From Candidatus Harpocratesius repetitus (GTDB lineage: Archaea > Asgardarchaeota > Lokiarchaeia > Sigyniarchaeales > Promethearchaeaceae), in assembly GCA_021498095.1 (NCBI GenBank), contig JAIZWK010000001.1, forward strand, positions 2,610,001-2,642,000: a DNA stretch of 32,000 nt, given 5' to 3'. Below the pieces are notes generated by a model. That model was not told the origin of the DNA. It was given only the letters and a program-made list of their open reading frames with translations, and did not search any database. Below, one piece after another: positions 8,824 to 17,320 of this stretch. Position numbers and translations under genes: made by a program. Numbering within the stretch: the first letter of the stretch is position 1; each line of letters opens with the position of its first letter.

Positions 8824-8851
8824 TTTTTAATTTTTAATTTTTAATTTTTAA
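8824..8851 (+). repeat. 7-bp tandem repeat (tttttaa x4) in a T-rich terminator-like region
   Basis: Seen directly downstream of the 8774 stop. Confidence 0.7.
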
Positions 8852-8953
8852 TTACTCAATTTTGTTTCTATTATTCGAAAATTAAGCGAAAAATATTGAT
8901 CTTTGAACCTTCAAATCCGTAAATTAAAATTATTTGAAATTGTTATTTGAAAT

Positions 8954-9739
8954 ATGGTAAGCGGAATCATCTTTGATATTAAAAAATTCGCCATTCATGA
9001 TGGCCCTGGAATTAGAACAACAGTGTTCTTTAAAGGATGTCCGCTAAAATGCTGGTGGTGTCATAATCCAGAAAGTCAGAATCCAACCCCTCAAAAATAT
9101 ATCTCAGGATTCAAAGTTAATGAAACAATTGGGCGAATTATTTCTGTGAAGGAGGTTTTTAAAGAAGTTGAAAAGGATATAATTTATTATGATGAATCAG
9201 GGGGTGGAGTAACTTTTTCTGGGGGAGAACCATTTATGCAACCAAAATTTTTAGCAGCTTTACTTTCACAAGCTAAACTTTTGGAGATTAACACAGTAGT
9301 AGATACATCTGGTTATGTGGCATGGAAATTAATTAAATCAATGTTATCATATATTGATTTTTTCTTATACGATTTGAAATTATTTGATTCTAAATTACAT
9401 TATAAATATATTGGCATTGACAATTCAATAATCTTAGGAAATCTAAAGAAACTCCTTCAGCTTATGGATTATAGACAAAATATAAATATTCGGATTCCAA
9501 TTATTCCGACAATAACAGATACTTCTGAAAACCTTACTCAAATAAGAGATTTTCTTATTCAAAATAATTTTTCAGGAAAAATAAACCTGCTACCTTATAA
9601 CCCACTTGGGGAAAGAAAATATGAAGATTTAGGTATGTATTATAAATTGGGTTATATCCAACCCCCATCTTCAGAAAAGATGGAAGAAATTCGCGATTTT
9701 TTTTTAGAAAGATTCAACCAATGTATTATAGGTGGTTAG
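8954..9739 (+). CDS. Glycyl-radical enzyme activating enzyme (radical SAM), short form
   Basis: HDGPGIRTTVFFKGCPLKCWWCHNPESQ (CxxxCxxC), GGVTFSGGEP and VDTSG; immediately upstream of a glycyl-radical enzyme. Confidence 0.95.
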   Translation: MVSGIIFDIKKFAIHDGPGIRTTVFFKGCPLKCWWCHNPESQNPTPQKYISGFKVNETIGRIISVKEVFKEVEKDIIYYDESGGGVTFSGGEPFMQPKFLAALLSQAKLLEINTVVDTSGYVAWKLIKSMLSYIDFFLYDLKLFDSKLHYKYIGIDNSIILGNLKKLLQLMDYRQNINIRIPIIPTITDTSENLTQIRDFLIQNNFSGKINLLPYNPLGERKYEDLGMYYKLGYIQPPSSEKMEEIRDFFLERFNQCIIGG

Positions 9740-9748
9740 CTGAATATT

Positions 9749-12112
9749 ATGAATGATCGAATCCGAAAACTTCGTGAGCAAAGTTTAAACGCAACTCCCG
9801 AGATTTCAATTGAACGGGCAAAACTATTAACTGAATTTTATTCTTCAGATGCTGTACAGCAATATTCAACACCAATTGTTAGAGCACTTGCTTTTAAATA
9901 TCTATTAGAACACAAAAAAATTTGTATCAATGAAGAGGAATTAATTGTAGGAGAACGCGGTCCCGCACCGGGAGCTACACCTACATATCCTGAAATTTGT
10001 TGTCATACTGTGAAAGATCTTGATATTCTAAATTCTAGAGAGAAAATTTCTTTTAAAGTTTCAGATGAAACACGAAAATTGACCGAAACTTTGATTTTAC
10101 CATTTTGGAAAGGGAAATCGATTCGAGATAAAATCTTTCAAGCTGTAGACCGAGAGTGGATCGATGCTTATGAAGCAGGAATTTTTACTGAATTTATGGA
10201 ACAGCGAGCACCTGGACATACGGTTGCTGGAAAACAAGTATTTCAAAAAGGTTTGAGAGATTTTCAAGATGAAATTCAAGAATCAATAAATAATTTGAAT
10301 TTTTTTACTGATCCAGAAGCTTTTACAAAACGTGAGCAGTTAAATGCTATGCATATCGCTGCAGAAGCTCTTATTTCTTATGCTGAACGATATGCAAATT
10401 TAGCAAGAAGCATGGCATCACAAGCACAAGATCAACAACGAAAACGTGAACTTGAACAAATTGCACAGATTTGTGAATATGTTCCAGCTAATGCACCTAG
10501 AACCTTTTGGGAAGCATTACAGCATTACTGGTTTATTCATATAGGTGTGATTACTGAACTTAATACTTGGGATTCATTCAATCCAGGGAGATTGGATCAA
10601 AATTTATTTCCTTTTTTACAAAGGGAACAAAATGAAGGAACATGGGATGAAAATTTTGCTCGTGAATTATTACAAGCTTTTTGGATAAAATTTAATAATC
10701 AACCTGCTCCTCCTAAGGTTGGGGTAACTGCTGAAGAAAGTAATACATACACGGATTTCTGCAATATTAATATTGGAGGTTTAACAACTGATGGATCTGA
10801 TGGTGTAAATGAGATTTCCTATATGATTTTAGATACTATAGAAGAAATGCGAATTTTACAACCTAGCTCAAATGTTCAAATTAGTAAAAAAACCCCTGAT
10901 CGATTTTTAAAACGCGCTTTAAAAATTATTAAAACAGGATTCGGTCAACCCTCTGTATTTAATTGTGATGCAATTATTCAAGAATTAGTTCGTCAAGGTA
11001 AAGATTTGATTGACGCTCGCTTATCTGGAGCAAGTGGTTGCGTTGAAGTTGGTGCATTTGGTAAAGAAGCTTACATTTTAACAGGGTATTTTAATTTAGT
11101 AAAGGTACTCGAAATAACACTTCATAACGGATTTGATCCGCGTACTCAAAAGCAAATAGGGTTGAAAACTGGGGAATTATCGGATTTTAAGACTTTTGAT
11201 GATTTATTTTCAGCTTATAAAAAACAATTAAAACACTTTTTAGATATTAAAATTAAAGGAAATCAAATAATTGAACAAATCTGGGCTACACAATTACCTG
11301 CAGTATTTTTATCAATTATAATAGATGATTGCATTAAAAATGGTAAAGATTATAATGCAGGGGGTGCGAAATATAATAGTTCATATATTCAAATTGTTGG
11401 TATGGGTTCAATATCTGATTCATTAGCTGCGTTGAAATATCACGTTTTTGATAATCATACAATAAAACTTCCTGAGTTTGTTAAAATTTTAGATAAAAAT
11501 TTTGTAGGAAGTAATGAATTTCGTCAAAAATTACTAAAAGAAACTCCAAAATATGGTAATGATGATGATTATGTTGATTGCCTCGCTCATAATGTGTTTG
11601 AAGTTGTTTTTTCTTTAGTAGATGGAAGGCCTACTTCAAAAGGAGGTCAATATAGGATTAATTTGCTCCCAACTACGGTTCATGTATATTTTGGTAGTGT
11701 AATCGGTGCAACACCAGATGGAAGAGAAGCGAAGATGCCTCTTTCTGAAGGAATTTCGCCCGTTCAAGGTGCTGATATTCAAGGACCTACTGCTGTAATT
11801 AGGTCTGCGGCAAAATTAGATCACCTGCGTACCGGAGGAACATTACTAAATCAGAAATTCAATCCATCATTATTTCATGATAATATAGGAATTCAAAAAA
11901 TCTTACATTTAATACGCGCTTATTTCAAAATGGATGGGCACCATATTCAATTCAATGTAGTTGATGCAGAAACTTTGCGTGCTGCTCAAAAAAATCCCGA
12001 ACAGTATCGAAATTTAATTGTGCGTGTGGCAGGATATAGTGATTATTTTATTAACTTAGGTTCTCAATTGCAAAATGAAATAATACGAAGAACAGAACAT
12101 CAATCTTTTTGA
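9749..12112 (+). CDS. hypD: Glycyl-radical enzyme, trans-4-hydroxy-L-proline dehydratase type
   Basis: 787 aa with RVAGYS (glycyl radical) and a single-Cys SGCVE loop. HypD-like segments TEFMEQRAPGHT, ELNTWDSF, ESNTYTDF, AYILTGY and LLPTTVH parallel C. difficile HypD as recalled. Confidence 0.88.
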   Translation: MNDRIRKLREQSLNATPEISIERAKLLTEFYSSDAVQQYSTPIVRALAFKYLLEHKKICINEEELIVGERGPAPGATPTYPEICCHTVKDLDILNSREKISFKVSDETRKLTETLILPFWKGKSIRDKIFQAVDREWIDAYEAGIFTEFMEQRAPGHTVAGKQVFQKGLRDFQDEIQESINNLNFFTDPEAFTKREQLNAMHIAAEALISYAERYANLARSMASQAQDQQRKRELEQIAQICEYVPANAPRTFWEALQHYWFIHIGVITELNTWDSFNPGRLDQNLFPFLQREQNEGTWDENFARELLQAFWIKFNNQPAPPKVGVTAEESNTYTDFCNINIGGLTTDGSDGVNEISYMILDTIEEMRILQPSSNVQISKKTPDRFLKRALKIIKTGFGQPSVFNCDAIIQELVRQGKDLIDARLSGASGCVEVGAFGKEAYILTGYFNLVKVLEITLHNGFDPRTQKQIGLKTGELSDFKTFDDLFSAYKKQLKHFLDIKIKGNQIIEQIWATQLPAVFLSIIIDDCIKNGKDYNAGGAKYNSSYIQIVGMGSISDSLAALKYHVFDNHTIKLPEFVKILDKNFVGSNEFRQKLLKETPKYGNDDDYVDCLAHNVFEVVFSLVDGRPTSKGGQYRINLLPTTVHVYFGSVIGATPDGREAKMPLSEGISPVQGADIQGPTAVIRSAAKLDHLRTGGTLLNQKFNPSLFHDNIGIQKILHLIRAYFKMDGHHIQFNVVDAETLRAAQKNPEQYRNLIVRVAGYSDYFINLGSQLQNEIIRRTEHQSF

Positions 12113-12277
12113 TGGAAATCTATAAAGAAATTAGAATAAAATTGAAAAATAGAATCATAATTACTTATTCCTCTTTTTATTTTCTATAATATTTACATAG
12201 TCGGAAATAAAAAGTCGACCTTTTTTCAAATATAACTAATCTCTATATTGGGATTATCATTAGGCGATATGTTTAAT

Positions 12278-13084
12278 CTATTTTAGGTTCTTTAATATGA
12301 AATCTAATTGATTCCACTTTGTAATGATGAAATTTGGTGTTTTTAATATATCAGATTCTATAATTTGTACATTTTTTTCTTTTTTTTTCTTATATTTTTG
12401 ATTTTTAGTTTCTTGAAATGATTTTTTTAGATTTTGTTTCTGATTTTCATTATTATATTGAATTAAACCGCTCCACCAACCTCTTAGATTAGCTCCTAAA
12501 ATATCTGTATCGATCCGATCTCCAATATGTACCATTTCTACTGGTTTACAATGAATAAAGGATTCTGCCATTTGGAATGGTTTTGAATGGGGTTTATAAT
12601 GCCCAATTTCATCAGAAAAAAAGCAGCGAGAAAAGTATTGAATAATTTTCTTACGTTTGAGCAATTCTCTCATAACATGGCCATAAGTAAATCCTGTATC
12701 ACTTATTAGAATTATTTTGTATTTTTCAGCAAGAATGGGTAGAAGATCTATAATTTCATGATAAAATTCAGGAGGATCATCTAGAAATATTTGATTAAAT
12801 GCATGAATTAAATTCTTCATTTCCTTTTCAGAAACTTTCAATTTAAAGGATTGAAAAAATTGTCTAAAGCGGTATTGATATGGAACATGTTTATATGCAT
12901 TTTCTTCGGTTAAAAATTCGACATATCCTCCTGCTTTTTCCATATAGAGGTTTTTTACCTGCTTCTTTGATACAAAAATTCCTTTTTTTTCTAAAAATTG
13001 ATGTAAAATTTCAGTGCGGGCTTCAAATTGAAAGTGATCTTTAATTAATGTTTCCCATAAATCAAATGATATACATTTTATCAT
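12278..13084 (-). CDS. HAD-superfamily hydrolase
   Basis: ISFDLWETL (motif I variant), LISDT (motif II), YKP (motif III) and HIGDRIDTDILGA (motif IV). ATG 13084 is preferred over 13123. Confidence 0.88.
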   Translation of the reverse strand: MIKCISFDLWETLIKDHFQFEARTEILHQFLEKKGIFVSKKQVKNLYMEKAGGYVEFLTEENAYKHVPYQYRFRQFFQSFKLKVSEKEMKNLIHAFNQIFLDDPPEFYHEIIDLLPILAEKYKIILISDTGFTYGHVMRELLKRKKIIQYFSRCFFSDEIGHYKPHSKPFQMAESFIHCKPVEMVHIGDRIDTDILGANLRGWWSGLIQYNNENQKQNLKKSFQETKNQKYKKKKEKNVQIIESDILKTPNFIITKWNQLDFILKNLK

Positions 13085-13633
13085 TAATTTCAATAAGATG
13101 CAATTAGAAAAAAAATAATCCATATCATCAAAAAACAGCGAAATTTTTCACACTCAACTTCAGTAATATTAAATAAATAGTGATAAGAAATTCAAATTCA
13201 GAATTGAGGGTATTTTAAATTTCAAAAATTCGAAGTTTTTCATTTCATCATCTTAATTCTTACAACTCAAATCCAAAATATCCTTCCTTATTTTTTGTCG
13301 ATTTTATCGACGTACCAAATTCAAGGTATGAAAATCAATAATTCTAATAAAAACGACTTCAGATTGAAGAATTTATAAACAGGATGGTGAATTTTTAACA
13401 AATTCTTTGAAAAAACCAAGTTCGACAAAAAAAGAATTGCGATATTTCAGAATTAAGTCGGAAATATCTGAATGATATTCAAAAAAGCGTTTAAATTAAA
13501 AAAGATAAAATATCCTCAATTTATTTTTTGCATTTTTATTCAAAAAAAAGTGATATAACCAAAATAAGCAAAAAATTTATGTCACAAAAGGCGCGTAATT
13601 AAATCTATTAATAATATAATAATTTTGAGCATT

Positions 13634-13921
13634 ATGAAAAAAAGTGAAACTCACACTGAATCATCAAATAAAGAACCAAATATAAAACCAACACTAAAAC
13701 CAACTGAAACACTAGATTGTATTGGTGTTTTTTGCCCAGAACCACTTTTTCAAACTCGATCTAAAATCGATGATTTAAATTGCGGTGATATTTTAGAAGT
13801 ATTTGCGGATGATCCAGCTTCTAAGGAAGATCTAACTCGGTTTTGTAAACGTACTGGTCATATATTGCTCAAAGTTGAAGAGAATGCAGGTGAATTTCGA
13901 TTTTTAATTCAAAAAAAATAG
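13634..13921 (+). CDS. tusA: TusA/SirA-family sulfur carrier protein
   Basis: LDCIGVFCPEP (CPxP persulfide motif) and LEVFADDPASKEDL...FCKRTGH. Confidence 0.92.
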   Translation: MKKSETHTESSNKEPNIKPTLKPTETLDCIGVFCPEPLFQTRSKIDDLNCGDILEVFADDPASKEDLTRFCKRTGHILLKVEENAGEFRFLIQKK

Positions 13922-13937
13922 TCAAAAAAGGTATCAG

Positions 13938-14312
13938 ATGAAAATAATGACTGAAAAAAAAGAATATCTACTCTATGTTCAAACAAGTGATAACCCCGAA
14001 AGGCAATATTCTCCTCTAATTTTAGCCCAATCTGCCAAAGCTATGGATATTGATGCAAAAGTATATTATTTAGGGCAAGGATTAAGGGTTTTATTGCCTG
14101 AAACAGCTCAAAAAATCCAATTTGGAACATTTCCTAATCTTTTTGATACATTAGTTAAAACCAATAAAATGGGTATTCCGATTTATGTATGTGAAGCTTC
14201 AAAACAAATGTTAGGTTGGGAATCCATAGAATTACCTTCTTTTTTGCAAATTGTAGGTGCAGCTACTTTAAATGATCTAGTATATGATGCTAAGGGAACA
14301 ATGTGGTTCTAA
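13938..14312 (+). CDS. DsrE/DsrF-like sulfur-relay protein
   Basis: VYYLGQGLRVL, IYVCEAS (conserved DsrE Cys region) and IVGAATLNDL; follows tusA by 16 bp. Confidence 0.85.
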   Translation: MKIMTEKKEYLLYVQTSDNPERQYSPLILAQSAKAMDIDAKVYYLGQGLRVLLPETAQKIQFGTFPNLFDTLVKTNKMGIPIYVCEASKQMLGWESIELPSFLQIVGAATLNDLVYDAKGTMWF

Positions 14313-14361
14313 TTTTTATAATATTAAGATTATTAAACACCAAATTAAAGGAGATCAAAAA

Positions 14362-15603
14362 ATGATAACTCAAAATTCTCAAAGTTCTCAAAGTTCTCAA
14401 AGTTATAAGAATAGAGATGAACCTCAAAAGCATCAAATTATTAATTTGGATTACCAATCAAGCAAACCTGTTGATGAACGTGTGATTCAACACATGATTC
14501 CTTATTTTAACCAAATCTACGGCAATCCTTCTTCTTTACATACAATTGGTGATAAAGCAGAAGATGCTATGGCCAAAGCTCGCGAACAAATTGCCCATTT
14601 TCTTTCTGTTTTACCTGAAGAAATTTATTTTACTTCTGGCGCCACAGAATCGATTAATTTAGCATTGATTGGATATGCAATTCGCAATCGACGAAAGGGC
14701 AATCATATTATTATGTCAGAAGTGGAGCATATTTCACAACACAATCTTGCGAAATATTTAGAAAAAAATGGATTTGTGGTATCTAAAGTTCCTGTAGATC
14801 AATACGGCAAAATTCGAATAGATAAACTTAGAAAAAGAATTACAGAAAAAACTATTCTAATTTCTGTGCAGTATGCTAATAATGAAATTGGAACTATTCA
14901 ACCAATTAAAGAAGTGGGAGAAATTGCTGCAGAAATGGGTATCGCTTTTCATTCCGATGCAGTAGCAGCTCAAGGACAAATTACTTTAAACCCAAAACAA
15001 CACCATATTAATCTAATGTCCATAAGTAGCAATGATTTTTATGGTCCTAAAGGAATTGGAGTATTATATCTTCAGAAAGGATATAGAGTTTCTCCATTAT
15101 TAATTGGAGGAGGACAAGAAAAAGGAATTCGATCAGGAACTGAAAATGTGGCGGGTATTGTTGGAATGGCTTATGCAACTAAATTGCTTGAAGAACATCA
15201 AGCCGAAGAAGTAGAACGTTATAAATCTTTTCAAAAAAAACTTCAGAATGAAATACTTGATTCCGTTCCTCATTCATATCTTAATGGACACCCTAAAGAA
15301 CGATTACCAAATAATTCACATTTCAGATTTGATGGCATTGAAGGTGAATCCATCTTATTGATGTTTAAAGAACATAATATAGCTGTATCAACAGGGTCTG
15401 CTTGTAGTTCTAAAACATTAGAACCCTCTCATACATTAATATCGACAGGGTTATTACATGAAGAAGCACACGGTTCGTTAGAATTTACCACAGGTCGATT
15501 TACCAAAGAAGATCATATTTCAAAAGCAGTGGAATTAACACCAAAAATTGTCGAGCGCCTTCGTGCCATTTCTCCACTGTATTCCAAAACAAAGGTGATA
15601 TAA
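14362..15603 (+). CDS. iscS: IscS/NifS-type cysteine desulfurase homolog lacking the PLP-binding Lys (Archaeoglobus-type)
   Basis: GNPSSLH, FTSGATES, NNEIGTIQP, RSGTEN and STGSACSS (catalytic Cys at 15403-15405), but SSNDFYGPKG replaces SxHKxYGPKG. Start ATG 14362 follows an aaggag RBS. Confidence 0.92.
   Translation: MITQNSQSSQSSQSYKNRDEPQKHQIINLDYQSSKPVDERVIQHMIPYFNQIYGNPSSLHTIGDKAEDAMAKAREQIAHFLSVLPEEIYFTSGATESINLALIGYAIRNRRKGNHIIMSEVEHISQHNLAKYLEKNGFVVSKVPVDQYGKIRIDKLRKRITEKTILISVQYANNEIGTIQPIKEVGEIAAEMGIAFHSDAVAAQGQITLNPKQHHINLMSISSNDFYGPKGIGVLYLQKGYRVSPLLIGGGQEKGIRSGTENVAGIVGMAYATKLLEEHQAEEVERYKSFQKKLQNEILDSVPHSYLNGHPKERLPNNSHFRFDGIEGESILLMFKEHNIAVSTGSACSSKTLEPSHTLISTGLLHEEAHGSLEFTTGRFTKEDHISKAVELTPKIVERLRAISPLYSKTKVI
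14371..14406 (+). repeat. In-frame 9-bp tandem repeat (caaagttct x4, outer copies with 1 mismatch; QNSQSSQSSQSY)
   Basis: Seen directly at the iscS N-terminus. Confidence 0.8.
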
Positions 15604-16415
15604 TGAAATCAACAAAATATTCAGAAAAAGTATTAGAACATTTCCGAAATCCCCAGAATGTTGGCACTCTTTCTGGTGAAAATGTTGCTCTCGGAAGAGT
15701 AGGTAATCCTACCTGCGGTGACATTATGGAAATGTACATAAAAGTCGAAGATAATATCATTAAAGATATTAAATTTCAAACATTTGGATGCGGTTCAGCT
15801 GTAGCAACCAGTTCTATGACAACACTAATGGTCAAAGGAATGACATTAGATGAAGCTTTAAAGGTAACTCGAAAAGATGTGGCTGAAGAATTGGACGGTC
15901 TTCCCCCAATAAAGATGCATTGTAGTAACCTGGCTGCAGATGCACTGCATGAAGCAATTAAGAACTATAAGGCAGGAATATTAGTAGAGCAACCTGAATC
16001 TATTGAAAAACCGATAGAAAATAAATCTATTTTGGGAGAATTAGAGTACCTTGGAAAAGGTGTTTATTATTCAATAACTAATAAGGATTATTTCAAAGAT
16101 CAACGGGTTTTAATTCGATATAATGGTGATGAAAGCATTCGTGCTGCTTTGGAATTAACAAAAATTACCAATCGAGTTATAATTTCAACTTCTTCAACCA
16201 AGATCCATACAGATGATAAAGAATTAAAAACTCAATTACGAAATTCAAATGTAAAAATTCTAACTGAAGCAAAAATTTTGGCTGTTATGGGGGATGATGA
16301 AGTCGAAAAGGTTCGAATGCTGGATTTAGATGAAGATAGTGAATACGATATTTTTGTCGATCGGTTGGTATTGTTAAATACGGTTTCAATTCCACCTGTT
16401 TGCGAGAATGTATAG
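15603..16415 (+). CDS. iscU: IscU/NifU-N Fe-S scaffold fused to a degenerate thioredoxin-reductase NADPH-domain-like module
   Basis: Residues 1-125 carry GNPTC38GD, FGC63GSA and KMH106C107S. Residues 143-260 (GELEYLGKGVYYSITNKDYFKDQRVLI...) align by eye with the TrxB GxGVSxCATCD-xFxxxxVxVxGGG region. The start overlaps the iscS stop (taatg). Confidence 0.88.
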   Translation: MKSTKYSEKVLEHFRNPQNVGTLSGENVALGRVGNPTCGDIMEMYIKVEDNIIKDIKFQTFGCGSAVATSSMTTLMVKGMTLDEALKVTRKDVAEELDGLPPIKMHCSNLAADALHEAIKNYKAGILVEQPESIEKPIENKSILGELEYLGKGVYYSITNKDYFKDQRVLIRYNGDESIRAALELTKITNRVIISTSSTKIHTDDKELKTQLRNSNVKILTEAKILAVMGDDEVEKVRMLDLDEDSEYDIFVDRLVLLNTVSIPPVCENV

Positions 16416-16439
16416 CAGAATTTATTGCATTATTTATCT

Positions 16440-16519
16440 TTTTTTAGTTTTTCACTTTTTTAGTTTTTCACTTTTTTAGTTTTTCACTTTTTTAGTTTTT
16501 CACTTTTTTAGTTTTTTAC
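16440..16519 (+). repeat. 16-bp tandem repeat (ttttttagtttttcac x5, last copy 1 mismatch) in the terminator region of the isc operon
   Basis: Four perfect head-to-tail copies plus a fifth near-perfect copy; no spacers. Confidence 0.93.
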
Positions 16520-16732
16520 TAAATTTGAATAGATATTGAAGAGATCAAGTTATTAGAATACAAAACTTTCATTTTTTAACGATTTTATTGTACTTAAAAG
16601 TATCTCCCAAATATTTTATTTCCCAAAATTTTTTAGGGTTTCGCGTTGATGTTATCCCACAAGCAAACATTTGAGGAGATTATTGAATTTCCTTATGAAT
16701 ATGATTGCATTTATTGGAGTTGAATTATAACT

Positions 16733-17320
16733 ATGAATATTTTAAAACTAATTAAAGGTATCGTTAAAGGTATCGCTGTTATTATTTCTATTGCATTTCT
16801 CATTAATGCGCTCACAGGGGTAACAACAGTAGTCAATATGATGGATAATCAAGGTGTACAAGTTAACGATATTAACCCAGGGGATTTCAGAATAAAATTT
16901 GATGATCTCCATATTGAAATCGGGCTCACAATTAATAATACTGGAATTTATCCCCTAGAAGGTGTTAAGTTAGGGATGCGAGCAGAATTAAAATCAAATA
17001 TTTCAGATCAATGGCATGAAATAATAGATACAGACAGTACAAAATTAAATACTTCTATTCCAGAATATGGAGAAACAATTTATCCAAATCAAGTGCGATC
17101 TATAATTTTAAATGCCAGTCTTCCGGATTTTACCAGTGATCCAACACAAATTGCAACTATATTAGGAATAAGTGATCCAAATTGGGATTTAGCCGATCTT
17201 TTAAATACATCTTTTGAAATCCGTGTATTTCTAAGTTTTGATGTTGCTTACGCATATAAACAATATAATTTGCACATTGGGATTTTATTAAATTCTGCAG
17301 ATTTGGAGGGTGGTTTTTAA
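16733..17320 (+). CDS. Hypothetical membrane-anchored protein (N-terminal TM, beta-rich soluble domain)
   Basis: Hydrophobic segment at residues 10-33 followed by alternating beta-strand-like segments. Confidence 0.7.
   Translation: MNILKLIKGIVKGIAVIISIAFLINALTGVTTVVNMMDNQGVQVNDINPGDFRIKFDDLHIEIGLTINNTGIYPLEGVKLGMRAELKSNISDQWHEIIDTDSTKLNTSIPEYGETIYPNQVRSIILNASLPDFTSDPTQIATILGISDPNWDLADLLNTSFEIRVFLSFDVAYAYKQYNLHIGILLNSADLEGGF

Noticed and set aside
9749-12112. Pyruvate formate-lyase or choline TMA-lyase call
   Set aside because: It has a single-Cys SGCVE loop rather than the PFL Cys-Cys pair, and the active-site segments match HypD rather than CutC.
14284-14361. N-terminal extension of IscS in the ORF track
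   Set aside because: It overlaps dsrE, and the ATG at 14362 has a clear aaggag RBS. Similar over-extensions were trimmed for vapC, HAD, tusA and MFS.
16440-16519. Possible CRISPR array
   Set aside because: Units are head-to-tail with no spacers, only 16 bp long, and there are no cas genes.
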